From an uncultured Chloroflexia bacterium (GTDB taxonomy: Bacteria > Chloroflexota > Limnocylindria > Limnocylindrales > CSP1-4): a stretch of DNA of 64,000 bases. The notes beneath the pieces were generated by a model, which was not told the DNA's origin, made no database searches, and saw only the letters and a list, made by a program, of their open reading frames with translations. The stretch lies in the NCBI GenBank assembly GCA_963764515.1, contig CAVXSS010000001.1, forward strand, positions 911,373 through 975,372. Reading direction: 5' to 3'. This document shows, piece after piece, positions 27,236-36,072 of this stretch; position 1 is the stretch's first letter; every line of letters begins with the position of its first letter. A program made the translations under genes and the position numbers.

Positions 27236-28284
27236 GGACCATGCCGGATGTCCGGGTCGAGCGCTGGACCCGGGGCTCCGCCACTCGCACCGCGATCGTG
27301 GGGCTGATGATCCTCGCCCTGTTCGTGGTGCCGACGGTGTTCGAGTCGGACGTCACCCAGAAGCTGACCGGCCTTTGGGTCCTGGTGCTGATGGCCACCA
27401 TGTGGAACGCGCTTGCCGGCTACGGCGGGCTTGTTTCGGTCGGCCAGCAGGCCTTCATCGGCGTCGGCGCATACGCGACGATCTACCTCACGCACGCCGG
27501 CGTCGACGGTTACCTGGCGATGGCCATCGCCGTGCTGATCAGCGGCGTCATCGCCTTCGGCGTGTCGTTCGTCGTCCTCAGGCTTCGCGGCGGCGAGTTC
27601 GCCATCGCGATGTGGGTCATCGCCGAGGTCTTCCGCCAGCTGGTTTCGTTCGACAAGTCCGTCGGGGGTGGCACCGGGATCTCGTTGACGGCCCTGTCGG
27701 CGTATGGCCCCGACTACATGCGCGCGTTCAGCTACTGGTGGACGCTCGGAGCCGCCGTCTTCGGCCTCATCGTCCTGTTCGTCCTGCTCCGTTCACGAAG
27801 TGGAGCGGCGCTCCAGGCGATCCGCGACGATGAGGGGGCGGCCACGTCTCTCGGCGTCCGGGTCCTGGCCAACAAACGCCTGATCTTCGTCCTCACCAGT
27901 GCAGGTTGCGGCGCCGCGGGCGCCGGGATCCTGGCGAACACGCTGTTCATCCAGCCCAACACGATCTTCTCGGTCCAGTGGACGGCGATGATGATCTTCA
28001 TGGTCCTCGTCGGAGGGCTGGGCACCTTCGAGGGACCGATCATCGGCGCGCTCATCCTCTTCGGTCTCCAGGACCAGTTCGGCGACGGCGGCGTCTGGTA
28101 CTTCGTCGGCCTCGGCACCGCCGCGATCCTCTTCGCCCTGTTCCTGCCCCGCGGGATCTGGGGGACCCTCACGGATCGCTTCCACATCCCCCTTGCCCCG
28201 ATCGGCTACTGGGTGCGCGGCAACCTGACCGCCCCTCGGATAACCGACGGTCCTGCCGGTCCGTCCGAGGAGGTGTCCCCGTGA
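27232..28284 (+). CDS. ABC transporter permease (LivM-like)
   Basis: GYGGLVSVGQQAFIGVG, AIRDDE, LVGGLGT. Confidence 0.9.
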   Translation: MRTMPDVRVERWTRGSATRTAIVGLMILALFVVPTVFESDVTQKLTGLWVLVLMATMWNALAGYGGLVSVGQQAFIGVGAYATIYLTHAGVDGYLAMAIAVLISGVIAFGVSFVVLRLRGGEFAIAMWVIAEVFRQLVSFDKSVGGGTGISLTALSAYGPDYMRAFSYWWTLGAAVFGLIVLFVLLRSRSGAALQAIRDDEGAATSLGVRVLANKRLIFVLTSAGCGAAGAGILANTLFIQPNTIFSVQWTAMMIFMVLVGGLGTFEGPIIGALILFGLQDQFGDGGVWYFVGLGTAAILFALFLPRGIWGTLTDRFHIPLAPIGYWVRGNLTAPRITDGPAGPSEEVSP

Positions 28285-29038
28285 AAGCCAACGCGGCGGT
28301 CGTCGAAGAGAAGGGCGGGTCATTCGCGATCCGGAAGTGGAGATCGGCGACCTGCGGCCCGATGAGCTGTTGGTGCGCATCCAGGCTACGGGGGTCTGTC
28401 ACACCGACGTCGTGGTGCGGGACCAGTGGTACCCAGTTCCTCTGCCGGCGGTCTTCGGGCACGAGGGCGGCGGACTTGTCGAACGCGTGGGCTCGGCCGT
28501 CGCGGGATTCGCGCCCGGCGACCGCGTCAGCCTCAGCTTCAACTCCTGCAGCGACTGTCGGTACTGTCTCGCCGGCCGGCCCCCGTACTGTGCCGACTTC
28601 TTCGGTCGCAACGTCGGATCGAGCCGGCCCGACGGAAGCTCCCCGATCTCGCGCAACGGCGACCCGATCCATGGGAACTACTTCGGCCAGTCGAGCTTCG
28701 CAACGTCCGCCGTCGCAAACGTGCGCAGTGCCGTGAAACTCACCGAGGACATTCCCTTCGAGGTGGTCGCGCCGTTCGGCTGCGGGATCCAGACCGGCGC
28801 CGGATCGGTGCTGAACTCGCTGCGGCCACCCGCCGGAAGCAGCATCGCGGTGGTCCGTGGGCTCGTCGAAGGGGACAGCATTCCCCAGTTGTTCATCCCG
28901 CGCCTCGTGGGGTTGTGGCGCCAGGGCAAGTTCCCGGTGGATCGGGTCGTCAGCACGTACGATTTCGACGCCATCGATCAAGCCGTCCACGACGCAGAAA
29001 CGGGCTCGGTCATCAAGCCCGTCCTGCTCATGTCCTAG
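28281..29038 (+). pseudogene. Zinc-dependent aryl-alcohol dehydrogenase pseudogene (frameshift plus large internal deletion)
   Basis: MKANAAVVEEKGGSFAIR shifts frame near 28330 into EVEIGDLRPDELLVRIQATGVCHTD. GHEG and the Cys cluster are present. SSIAV joins directly to VRGLVEGDS, so the GxGxxG Rossmann region is missing. Confidence 0.85.
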
Positions 29039-29052
29039 AAGGGAGACACGTC

Positions 29053-30531
29053 ATGTCCGTGGCCGAGCGCAAGAAGCTGGCGCATCACGACCTGTCCATC
29101 GGAGGTTCCCGGGTGCCGGCGTCGGGCGGTCGCACCTTCGACATCTCCAGTCCCTACACGGAGGAAAGGATCGGCACCGTCGCAGCGGGCAGTCGGGAGG
29201 ATGCTCGCACCGCAATCGAGACGGCAGCAGCAGCGTTTCCGAACTGGGCGGCGACTCCGCCTGTCGCCCGGCAGCGCATCTTCCTTGCCGCCGCCGACGC
29301 TCTCGAGCACCGACGCGACGACGTCGTTGCGATGCTCGCGAACGAGACCGGCTGTACGTTCGGGTTCGCCATGTTCCAGATGGGCTTCGTGCCCGGCCTG
29401 TTCCGCCAGGCGGCGGGTCTCGCGTACCACCCGACAGGGCAGGTCATCCCGTCCGACGTGCCTGGGACATTCGCGATGGGCATCCGCCATCCCGTCGGTG
29501 TCGTGGCCGCGATCGCGCCCTGGAATGCCGCGCTCATCCTCTCGGCGCGGTCGATCGCCGCACCTCTGGTTGCCGGGAACAGTGTCGTGCTGAAGCCATC
29601 GCCCGATTCGCCGGTCGTGGGCGGCCTGTTGTGGGCGGAGATCTTCGAGGAAGCCGGGCTCCCAGCCGGTGTCCTGAACGTCGTCACGCATGCCCATGGC
29701 GACGGGTCGAAGATCGGGGACGAATTCGCCGAGAACCCGAAGGTCAGACGGATCAACTTCACCGGCTCATCGGCCGTCGGTCGCCGCATCGCCGAGTCCG
29801 CCGGCCGCAATCTCAAGCGAGTCGTGCTCGAGCTGGGTGGACACAACCCGCTCCTTGTCCTGCGCGACGCGGATCTAGACTACGCCGTCGACGCCGCGAC
29901 GTTCGGCGCCTTCCTCCATCAGGGTCAGATCTGCATGTCGACGCGGAGGATCATCGTCGAGCAGCCGATCGCCGCGAAGTTCGAGAAGCGGATGGCTGCC
30001 AAGGTGGCCGGACTCAAGCAGGGCGACCCGCTGGAGATGGATACGATCATCGGCCCGCTCATCAACCGCGAGGCACTCGATCAGGTGTCCAGCCGCGTCA
30101 ATGACGCGGTGAAGGCCGGTGCGCGCCTCGTGACTGGTGGAACGTCCAAAGGCCTCGTGTACGCCGCGACGCTCCTGGCGGAGGTTCCCGAAGACAGCGA
30201 CCTCCTCCGACATGAGACGTTCGGACCGGTGGCTGCCCTCGAGGTCGTGGCCGACGCGGACGCCGGTGTCGAGCGCGCGAATGCCACGTCGTACGGCCTT
30301 TCGGCTGGGATCATCACGACTGACGCGGACAAGGGATTGGCGCTCGCGAGCCGCATAGAGGCCGGCATCGTCCACATCAACGACCAGACGGTGGGCGACG
30401 AACCGCAGATGCCGTTCGGCGGGGTCAAGGACAGTGGCTGGGGCCGCTTCGGCGGCGCGGTCGCTCTTGACGAGTTCTCAGAACTCAAGTGGGTCACGGT
30501 CACCAGCGGCAGCCATCCGTACCCGTTCTGA
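29053..30531 (+). CDS. Aromatic aldehyde dehydrogenase (vanillin/benzaldehyde dehydrogenase-like)
   Basis: IAPWN, FTGS, LELGG, HQGQICMS (catalytic Cys), PFGGVKDSGWGRFGG. Confidence 0.88.
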   Translation: MSVAERKKLAHHDLSIGGSRVPASGGRTFDISSPYTEERIGTVAAGSREDARTAIETAAAAFPNWAATPPVARQRIFLAAADALEHRRDDVVAMLANETGCTFGFAMFQMGFVPGLFRQAAGLAYHPTGQVIPSDVPGTFAMGIRHPVGVVAAIAPWNAALILSARSIAAPLVAGNSVVLKPSPDSPVVGGLLWAEIFEEAGLPAGVLNVVTHAHGDGSKIGDEFAENPKVRRINFTGSSAVGRRIAESAGRNLKRVVLELGGHNPLLVLRDADLDYAVDAATFGAFLHQGQICMSTRRIIVEQPIAAKFEKRMAAKVAGLKQGDPLEMDTIIGPLINREALDQVSSRVNDAVKAGARLVTGGTSKGLVYAATLLAEVPEDSDLLRHETFGPVAALEVVADADAGVERANATSYGLSAGIITTDADKGLALASRIEAGIVHINDQTVGDEPQMPFGGVKDSGWGRFGGAVALDEFSELKWVTVTSGSHPYPF

Positions 30532-30641
30532 TCGTCCACGCAAAGGTCTCCGTAGACGTCGGAGGAGCGGCCGATCAGGATGCCACCACCACGGTTCGAT
30601 ACGTGTCCTCGAGCCGACCGGTCGCGCGATGAGGTAGGTAC

Positions 30642-30656
30642 GGTCGGGGCGAGAGG
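30642..30656. repeat. 15 bp direct repeat of the tRNA-Pro(CGG) 3' end (att-like site)
   Basis: GGTCGGGGCGAGAGG at 30642-30656 is identical to 34988-35002. Confidence 0.7.
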
Positions 30657-30787
30657 GATAGCCCCGCCACCACCGACCTTCCGGTGACGATGCGGCTCGC
30701 CGAGCCCGCCGGAGCCCTTCGAGCTGGTCCGCAGCGCGTGACGCGACGGTCGTCCCCGCCGGACGCGCGACCGACCGCGAGGTCGGC

Positions 30788-30976
30788 GTGGTTGCGGCTG
30801 TCCTGGTCGCCGGGTCCGAGAAGGCCGCCGCCCACCGTCTGGGCCTATCGCACTCGACCGTGAAGCACCACCTGGCCAACGCACGCTCCAAGGTGGGCGC
30901 GGAGACGACGGCGCAGCTCGTGTGGATCCTCGCGCCGCGTCTGCCCGAGCCCCGTGGCAGAGCCGGGCCTAACTAA
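30788..30976 (+). CDS. Small solo LuxR-type HTH protein
   Basis: GSEKAAAHRLGLSHSTVKHHLANARSKVG is an HTH pattern. The 5' end is uncertain and may be frameshifted. Confidence 0.55.
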   Translation: MVAAVLVAGSEKAAAHRLGLSHSTVKHHLANARSKVGAETTAQLVWILAPRLPEPRGRAGPN

Positions 30977-31150
30977 TACTTCATGATCCTGGATGCCGGC
31001 TCCGGCCTTGTAGTTGATCCGCAGCCTTGACCTCGGGCTGCCGCCCGTGTGTCCTGGACGCCGACTTGATTGAACCGAATCGCATTCGGAGTCGGTCTTA
31101 GGAGCATGAAGATCCAGGAGGCAGGTCCCACCCACGGGGAGGCTCCAACC

Positions 31151-32392
31151 GTGAATCGCGCGATCTGCGCATTCGCCACCGTCCTGGCGATCATCGTCGG
31201 CGCATGCGGGACATCGGCCGGATCGTCTGACAACGGCCCTCGAATCACGCCCGGCGTCCCGAGCACCCCCGGAGCGAGTTCGACCTCGACCGCATCGCCG
31301 ACCGCATCGGAGCCGGCGCCGTACGGCCTGGGCCGCTTCCCGGCGCCGCCGACGGACGCCCTGCCAAGGGAGACCGCCTCAGCCCTGCAGGCCATCCTCG
31401 ATCGGGCGGCTTCCAACCTGCCCGGAGTCAGCGCGACGGTCATCGTCGCGGGTCGCGGGACGTGGTCGGGCGCAGCCGGGACGGCCGACGACGCGCACGC
31501 CGTCGCGGTCGACTCCTCGTTCGGCATCGCCAGCTTGACCAAGACCGTGATCGCGGCCGAGATCATGCTCCTCGCCGACCACGGGAAGCTGGCGCTGTCG
31601 GACCCGGTGTCGGCACACCTCCCCGCGGACTTCACCTTCGACACGAACGGCGCGACCATCGGGAATTTGCTGGCCATGGAGAGCGGCATCCCGGACCCGG
31701 CTCTCGACAATACCGACTACGCCGCTGACCTGATGCGTAACTGGAGCGTGCGGGAGGTCCTGGCCACGGTTCCGGCGGGTCGATCGAAGCCGGGAGACCA
31801 CTTCGTCTACGAGGACGCCAACTACATGCTCCTGGGGATGGTCGTCGCCCAGGCGACCGGCCAGACCACTGCGGCCGCATTGCGGTCAGGCGTGCTCGCT
31901 GACCCACGGTTCGCCGCGATGGTCTACCAGCCCGAGGAGAAGCCGAGTGGTCCGCTCGCATTGCCGCACGTCCATGGCCAACTGCGACCCGACATCTTCG
32001 CCCGCGGGGGTGGCTATCTGCCGTCGAAGGCTGAGGCCAGCGAGGGGAATGGCTCAGGCTGCATGGCCAGCGACTCAGGCACTCTCGCCCTCTGGGGCTA
32101 TCAGCTCTTCGGCGGGGCGATCGTGTCGGCGCAGGCGGTTCGGACGATGACCGACTTCGTGAACGGCGACTTGGGACCCTATGGAATGGGTGTCTTCGAC
32201 CAGACCAGGCTGGCCAACGGCTATTACGCAGCGACGGTCGGCAACGGGGGTTGGGACGACGGTGGCTACTCGTCCGTGCTGAGCGTGCTCCCGGGCCAGG
32301 GGATCGCCATTGCCGTCCTGACCAACGAGACCGGCGACCCCAGGCAGCTCGTCATGCCGCTGGCCCAGCAGATGGCGGCCTTGCTCCGATGA
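31151..32392 (+). CDS. Serine hydrolase (beta-lactamase class C/PBP-like) lipoprotein
   Basis: SD GGAGG, lipobox IVGAC, SxxK (FGIASLTKT). Second motif reads YEDANY. Confidence 0.85.
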   Translation: MNRAICAFATVLAIIVGACGTSAGSSDNGPRITPGVPSTPGASSTSTASPTASEPAPYGLGRFPAPPTDALPRETASALQAILDRAASNLPGVSATVIVAGRGTWSGAAGTADDAHAVAVDSSFGIASLTKTVIAAEIMLLADHGKLALSDPVSAHLPADFTFDTNGATIGNLLAMESGIPDPALDNTDYAADLMRNWSVREVLATVPAGRSKPGDHFVYEDANYMLLGMVVAQATGQTTAAALRSGVLADPRFAAMVYQPEEKPSGPLALPHVHGQLRPDIFARGGGYLPSKAEASEGNGSGCMASDSGTLALWGYQLFGGAIVSAQAVRTMTDFVNGDLGPYGMGVFDQTRLANGYYAATVGNGGWDDGGYSSVLSVLPGQGIAIAVLTNETGDPRQLVMPLAQQMAALLR

Positions 32393-32937
32393 CGCGCCCG
32401 GACCTCGTCGAGCGAGCCCGACGCGGCGATCGCGAGGCGTTCGCCGAGTTGGCCGCCCTCGAGATCGATCGCCTCCACGCGACTGCGACCCTGATCCTGC
32501 GCGATGTGGACCTGGCACAGGACGCGGTGCAGGAGACCCTGATCCGCTGCTGGCGGCAGCTCCCGAACCTGCGGGACGTGGCGACCTTCGATGGCTGGCT
32601 GTATCGCATCCTCGTCCGCACCGCCGCCGACGAAGCGTCGAAACGCCGCCGGTTCCGGGCCAACGTCAAGACGCTGTTCATCGAGCCGAGCGACAACGGC
32701 GCCAACGACCTCGCCGACCGGGAGCTCCTGGAGCGCGCCTTCGCGCGACTCAGCCTCGAGCACCGGGCCGTCGTCGTGCTGCGCCACTACGCCGACCTGC
32801 CATTAGCGGACGTGGCGCACGCGCTGGGGATCCCGCTCGGCACGGCCAAGTCGCGCTACCACTACGCGATGGCCGAGCTGCGGACCGCCATCGAAGCCGA
32901 GGGCCGACTGGTGACAGCCGCGGAGGGTCGAGCATGA
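32389..32937 (+). CDS. ECF RNA polymerase sigma factor
   Basis: Region 2 (AQDAVQETLIRCW, FDGWLYRILV) and region 4 HTH (LGIPLGTAKSRYHYA). Confidence 0.92.
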   Translation: MTRPDLVERARRGDREAFAELAALEIDRLHATATLILRDVDLAQDAVQETLIRCWRQLPNLRDVATFDGWLYRILVRTAADEASKRRRFRANVKTLFIEPSDNGANDLADRELLERAFARLSLEHRAVVVLRHYADLPLADVAHALGIPLGTAKSRYHYAMAELRTAIEAEGRLVTAAEGRA

Positions 32938-34160
32938 ACACCGATCGCGTCATCAGCGACTGGCTGCGGAGCGCCGCGCCGCCGCGCGCACCGAAGACGC
33001 TCCTCAACGCGACGCTCGAGCGCGTCGCCACCGTCCCCCAGGACCATCCGTGGGCAGCGAGGGTTCGCGTCCTGAGCGGACGTCGCGCGGACCCGCGCCT
33101 GCTGCTCGCAGCCGCCGTCGTCGGCGGGACCGCCATCCTGGGGTCGCTGTTCGTAGGCGGAGGAGGCCCACAGCGAGGTCCATCGAGCATCGTGCCCTCG
33201 GTGGGGCTTGGCGCCCTGGCGTACGCGACGAACGGGAGCACCTTCCTCGTGGGGACTGAGCGAGAACACCCAGACGCGGTCGAGATCGCGGCGAACGGGA
33301 CGGGCGGCCTCAGCTACTGGGCACCGGCGTGGTCGCGGGACGGGCGATACCTCATGTTCGCGGGGGCACCGCAGGGTGATGGGCCAAGCCGGATTTTCGT
33401 CGTCGACCCGCAAGGGCGACAGGTCAGCTCATTCCCCGGGTGGCTGCCTAGCTGGTCGCCTGACTCGAGCAAGGTTGCCGCCTGGGACGACCCCTTCAAG
33501 ACCGTCGGGATCTGGTCGGTCGACGGCCGCCGAGTCTCGACCGTGCCCTTCCCGACGGGCGTGACCCTGCCCGGCGACTCGACGCCGACCTTCACCGGCG
33601 ACGGGCAAGCCCTGTACTTCGTCCTGAGCCGCGTGAACTCCGAGCCGCAAGCAGTCCCGATCGATGGATCGGCGCCCCATGAGTTGAGCCCGATCACGAC
33701 CGCCGGAAACCCGGTCTTCTCGAACGACGGCAGTCAGGTCGCACTTCCTGCGGCGGACGGACTCTACGTGGCTCGAGGAGACGGCTCCGCCCCGCGCCTC
33801 ATCGCGCATCTGGCCACCGGCCGCTTCTACGACGCCGTTTGGTCGAAACTCGACGACCGAATCGCCGTCGCATGGACGGGTGCCGGTCAATACGAATCGC
33901 TGGCGGTGATCGACGTTGCGTCCGGTCGGACGGTGATCGTCTGGGAGTCGGCGCCGGGTGATCGCATTCATCCCATCCGGTGGGCGCCTGACGGCCGGTC
34001 GATCCTCATGAGTTCGGGCTCGCGCCTGTATCGCGTGGTCGTCAGCGATGAGGCGACGACGAACCCAACTTTCGCGGCGGAGGTCCTGTTCGAGGATCCC
34101 TCCCACGATGCCTTCACCGATCTGGCCGCCGACTGGCAATGGATCGCCGGCGGGGGTTGA
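32934..34160 (+). CDS. Putative anti-sigma-like membrane protein with TolB/PD40 beta-propeller
   Basis: ATGA overlap with the ECF gene, short cytoplasmic N-terminus, one TM, repeated PAWSRDG/PSWSPD/PVFSNDG/RWAPDG motifs. Confidence 0.7.
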   Translation: MNTDRVISDWLRSAAPPRAPKTLLNATLERVATVPQDHPWAARVRVLSGRRADPRLLLAAAVVGGTAILGSLFVGGGGPQRGPSSIVPSVGLGALAYATNGSTFLVGTEREHPDAVEIAANGTGGLSYWAPAWSRDGRYLMFAGAPQGDGPSRIFVVDPQGRQVSSFPGWLPSWSPDSSKVAAWDDPFKTVGIWSVDGRRVSTVPFPTGVTLPGDSTPTFTGDGQALYFVLSRVNSEPQAVPIDGSAPHELSPITTAGNPVFSNDGSQVALPAADGLYVARGDGSAPRLIAHLATGRFYDAVWSKLDDRIAVAWTGAGQYESLAVIDVASGRTVIVWESAPGDRIHPIRWAPDGRSILMSSGSRLYRVVVSDEATTNPTFAAEVLFEDPSHDAFTDLAADWQWIAGGG

Positions 34161-34508
34161 TGGTGCCGTCCGGACAGCTGGCGCCCAACCTGCCGCGCCG
34201 TCGCCCCGGTTGTCTCGAGTCCCTCCTGTCAGACCACAACCGCCCGACGGCGAGAAACGCAGCCACGAACTCGAGGCGTTCGAGCCGGGCGAGCTCGCGC
34301 GGGCGGCCGCCTGGGCCCTGACTCTCCTCAAGGAGAGGGTCATGACGCGCGGTAGCAGTCGGGCGACAGGCATGGCCCAAACGGCCAACTAGAAACCACG
34401 GCCCACGGCCCGCACCCTTGAGGGCATGACGGCGCGCTGGTCAGATCCACACCGACTCCCGGGTCCCCCCACCGGGTACGTCCGCGCCGTCGACCCCGCA
34501 GGTGCGCG

Positions 34509-34634
34509 GTGAGCGGACTGGAGCTCGTCCTCGCCTTCCTCGCGGGCGTCGGCATGGGCGTCGCCCTCGACCGCTGGCTGCTGCCGACCCTCGTCGATGC
34601 GTGGATCGACCGACTACGCCGGCGTGCGCGATGA
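34509..34634 (+). CDS. 41 aa single-TM protein (phage-like)
   Basis: MSGLELVLAFLAGVGMGVALDRWLLPTLVDAWIDRLRRRAR. Overlaps the next ORF. Not in the ORF track (<60 aa). Confidence 0.5.
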   Translation: MSGLELVLAFLAGVGMGVALDRWLLPTLVDAWIDRLRRRAR

Positions 34635-34854
34635 GCGTCGTGACGATGCGCCAAACCGCCGCCGGACCGACGACTACGCCTCGGCCTGGATCGGGTCCGC
34701 GGCCGCGCTCACGATCGTCCTCGTCGTGCTCCTCATCCTCGACGTCGCCGTGCCCGGCTATGACGTGTCGCCGGGGACCCTCCTGCCCCTCCTCGGCGCG
34801 ATCCTCGCGCTCCTGGGCCTCGATGCCTCTGCCTTCTGGAAGGGCGTGAGATGA
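34624..34854 (+). CDS. Small two-TM protein, holin-like
   Basis: Charged N-terminus, two hydrophobic segments, basic C-terminus. Tightly packed next to the tRNA att site. Confidence 0.45.
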   Translation: MRDERRDDAPNRRRTDDYASAWIGSAAALTIVLVVLLILDVAVPGYDVSPGTLLPLLGAILALLGLDASAFWKGVR

Positions 34855-34973
34855 CGACGGTCACGGCGCTTCTGACGAACAAGGCGTACGGCTTCCCCAC
34901 TCGGGGAGCCAAGCGCCGGGTGAAGGGGCGCGAGGCTGGGACGCGGCCTTCGGGGCCGGCGTCGTCCGCGTGA
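34851..34973 (+). pseudogene. Truncated ORF start abutting the tRNA 3' end
   Basis: ATGA-coupled to the two-TM gene. Only 40 aa (MTTVTALLTNKAYGFPTRG...) before a stop 14 bp from the tRNA end. Confidence 0.3.
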
Positions 34974-34986
34974 AAGAAGGTCAGTC

Positions 34987-35063
<77 letters not shown>

Positions 35064-35094
35064 ACCGAGGGTGCCCGTTGTACAGGGCTTGCGG

Positions 35095-35103
35095 ATGATA
35101 GCA
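35095..35103 (-). promoter_or_regulatory. Extended -10 (TGCTATCAT) for tRNA-Pro(CGG)
   Basis: TGn-TATCAT on the minus strand about 32 nt upstream of the tRNA. Confidence 0.5.
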
Positions 35104-35414
35104 AAGCTACCCTGACCCGGCGCAGGACCCGCCCGGAGCACCGGGGCGGCGACGGCGCCCGTATCTAGGTGACCAAGGTCGCATCGCGGCCGGGACCTCC
35201 GCGACCCTGACCCGGTCGCACGCCTGTGTAAGGTCGCAGACAGCGGCGTCGGGGGGAATCTGGCGCCGCTTCTCCATGTCCCCGACGTCCCGCTCCGCAC
35301 GCCGCCGGCCCTGGGACGGGATGAAACCGCCATTCGGCGCCACGACGTACCGTTGATGAGGGACCGTCGCCAGGTGGCGTCACCGACGGGACCGCGTCGG
35401 ACAGGAGGACCAGC

Positions 35415-36020
35415 ATGGCATCAAGGCCAACCGGATCGGTCGTTCGGCTGGCTGCCGCCGCGTCAGCCATCCTGCTTCTCGCCGCCGCATGCACCACGGG
35501 CAGTGGCGCCTCGACAGCCCCGAGTACGGCCGCCCCAGCGGGCTCGACCGCCTCGGCCGCGCCCGTCGCCTCACCCGCATCGGCCAAGCCGGGCGGCGGC
35601 AAGTACGGGAGCGGGGACGACACCGGGGACGAGTACGGGAGCGGGGCGACGTCGACGCCGGCGGCGTCGAAGACTGCCGGCGCCGAGGTCCACGAGGTCG
35701 GCGTCGCCAGCGGGGCGGACGGCGACCATCTGACCGGCGCGGGTGGCCGGACGCTGTACGTCTTCGGCAACGACTCGGCGAATACGAGCACGTGCGAAGC
35801 CGCCTGCACCACGACGTGGCCCCCGTTCACGATCGCCGCCGACGACCAGCTCAAGGCGGGCGCCGGCGTCACCGGCAAGCTGACGACGTTCGCCCGTAGC
35901 GACGGTTCGATGCAGGTGGCCTACGACGGATCGCCCCTCTACTACTACGCCGCCGACAAAGCCGCGGGTGATACGAACGGGCAGGGCGTCGGGGACGTCT
36001 GGTTCATCGCGCAGCCGTAG
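35415..36020 (+). CDS. Lipoprotein with COG4315/Lipoprotein_15 repeats
   Basis: SD AGGAGG, LAAAC, GRTLYVF..C...C...WPP and YDGSPLYYYAAD..GDTNGQG..WF. Confidence 0.85.
   Translation: MASRPTGSVVRLAAAASAILLLAAACTTGSGASTAPSTAAPAGSTASAAPVASPASAKPGGGKYGSGDDTGDEYGSGATSTPAASKTAGAEVHEVGVASGADGDHLTGAGGRTLYVFGNDSANTSTCEAACTTTWPPFTIAADDQLKAGAGVTGKLTTFARSDGSMQVAYDGSPLYYYAADKAAGDTNGQGVGDVWFIAQP
35602..35646 (+). repeat. 15 bp direct repeat within the lipoprotein linker
   Basis: AGTACGGGAGCGGGG at 35602 and 35632, encoding YGSG twice. Confidence 0.7.
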
Positions 36021-36036
36021 CACGGCATCCATCACG

Positions 36037-36066
36037 GGGCGGCGGCGCGCGGGAGGGCCGCCGCCC
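36037..36066. terminator. GC-rich hairpin between convergent genes
   Basis: GGGCGGCGGC/GCCGCCGCCC, a 10 bp perfect stem. Confidence 0.55.
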
Positions 36067-36072
36067 TGCTTC

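Noticed and set aside
34114-34392. ORFs between the propeller gene and the small membrane ORFs
   Set aside because: Short, overlapping on both strands, with no recognisable motif or SD. At most decayed fragments.
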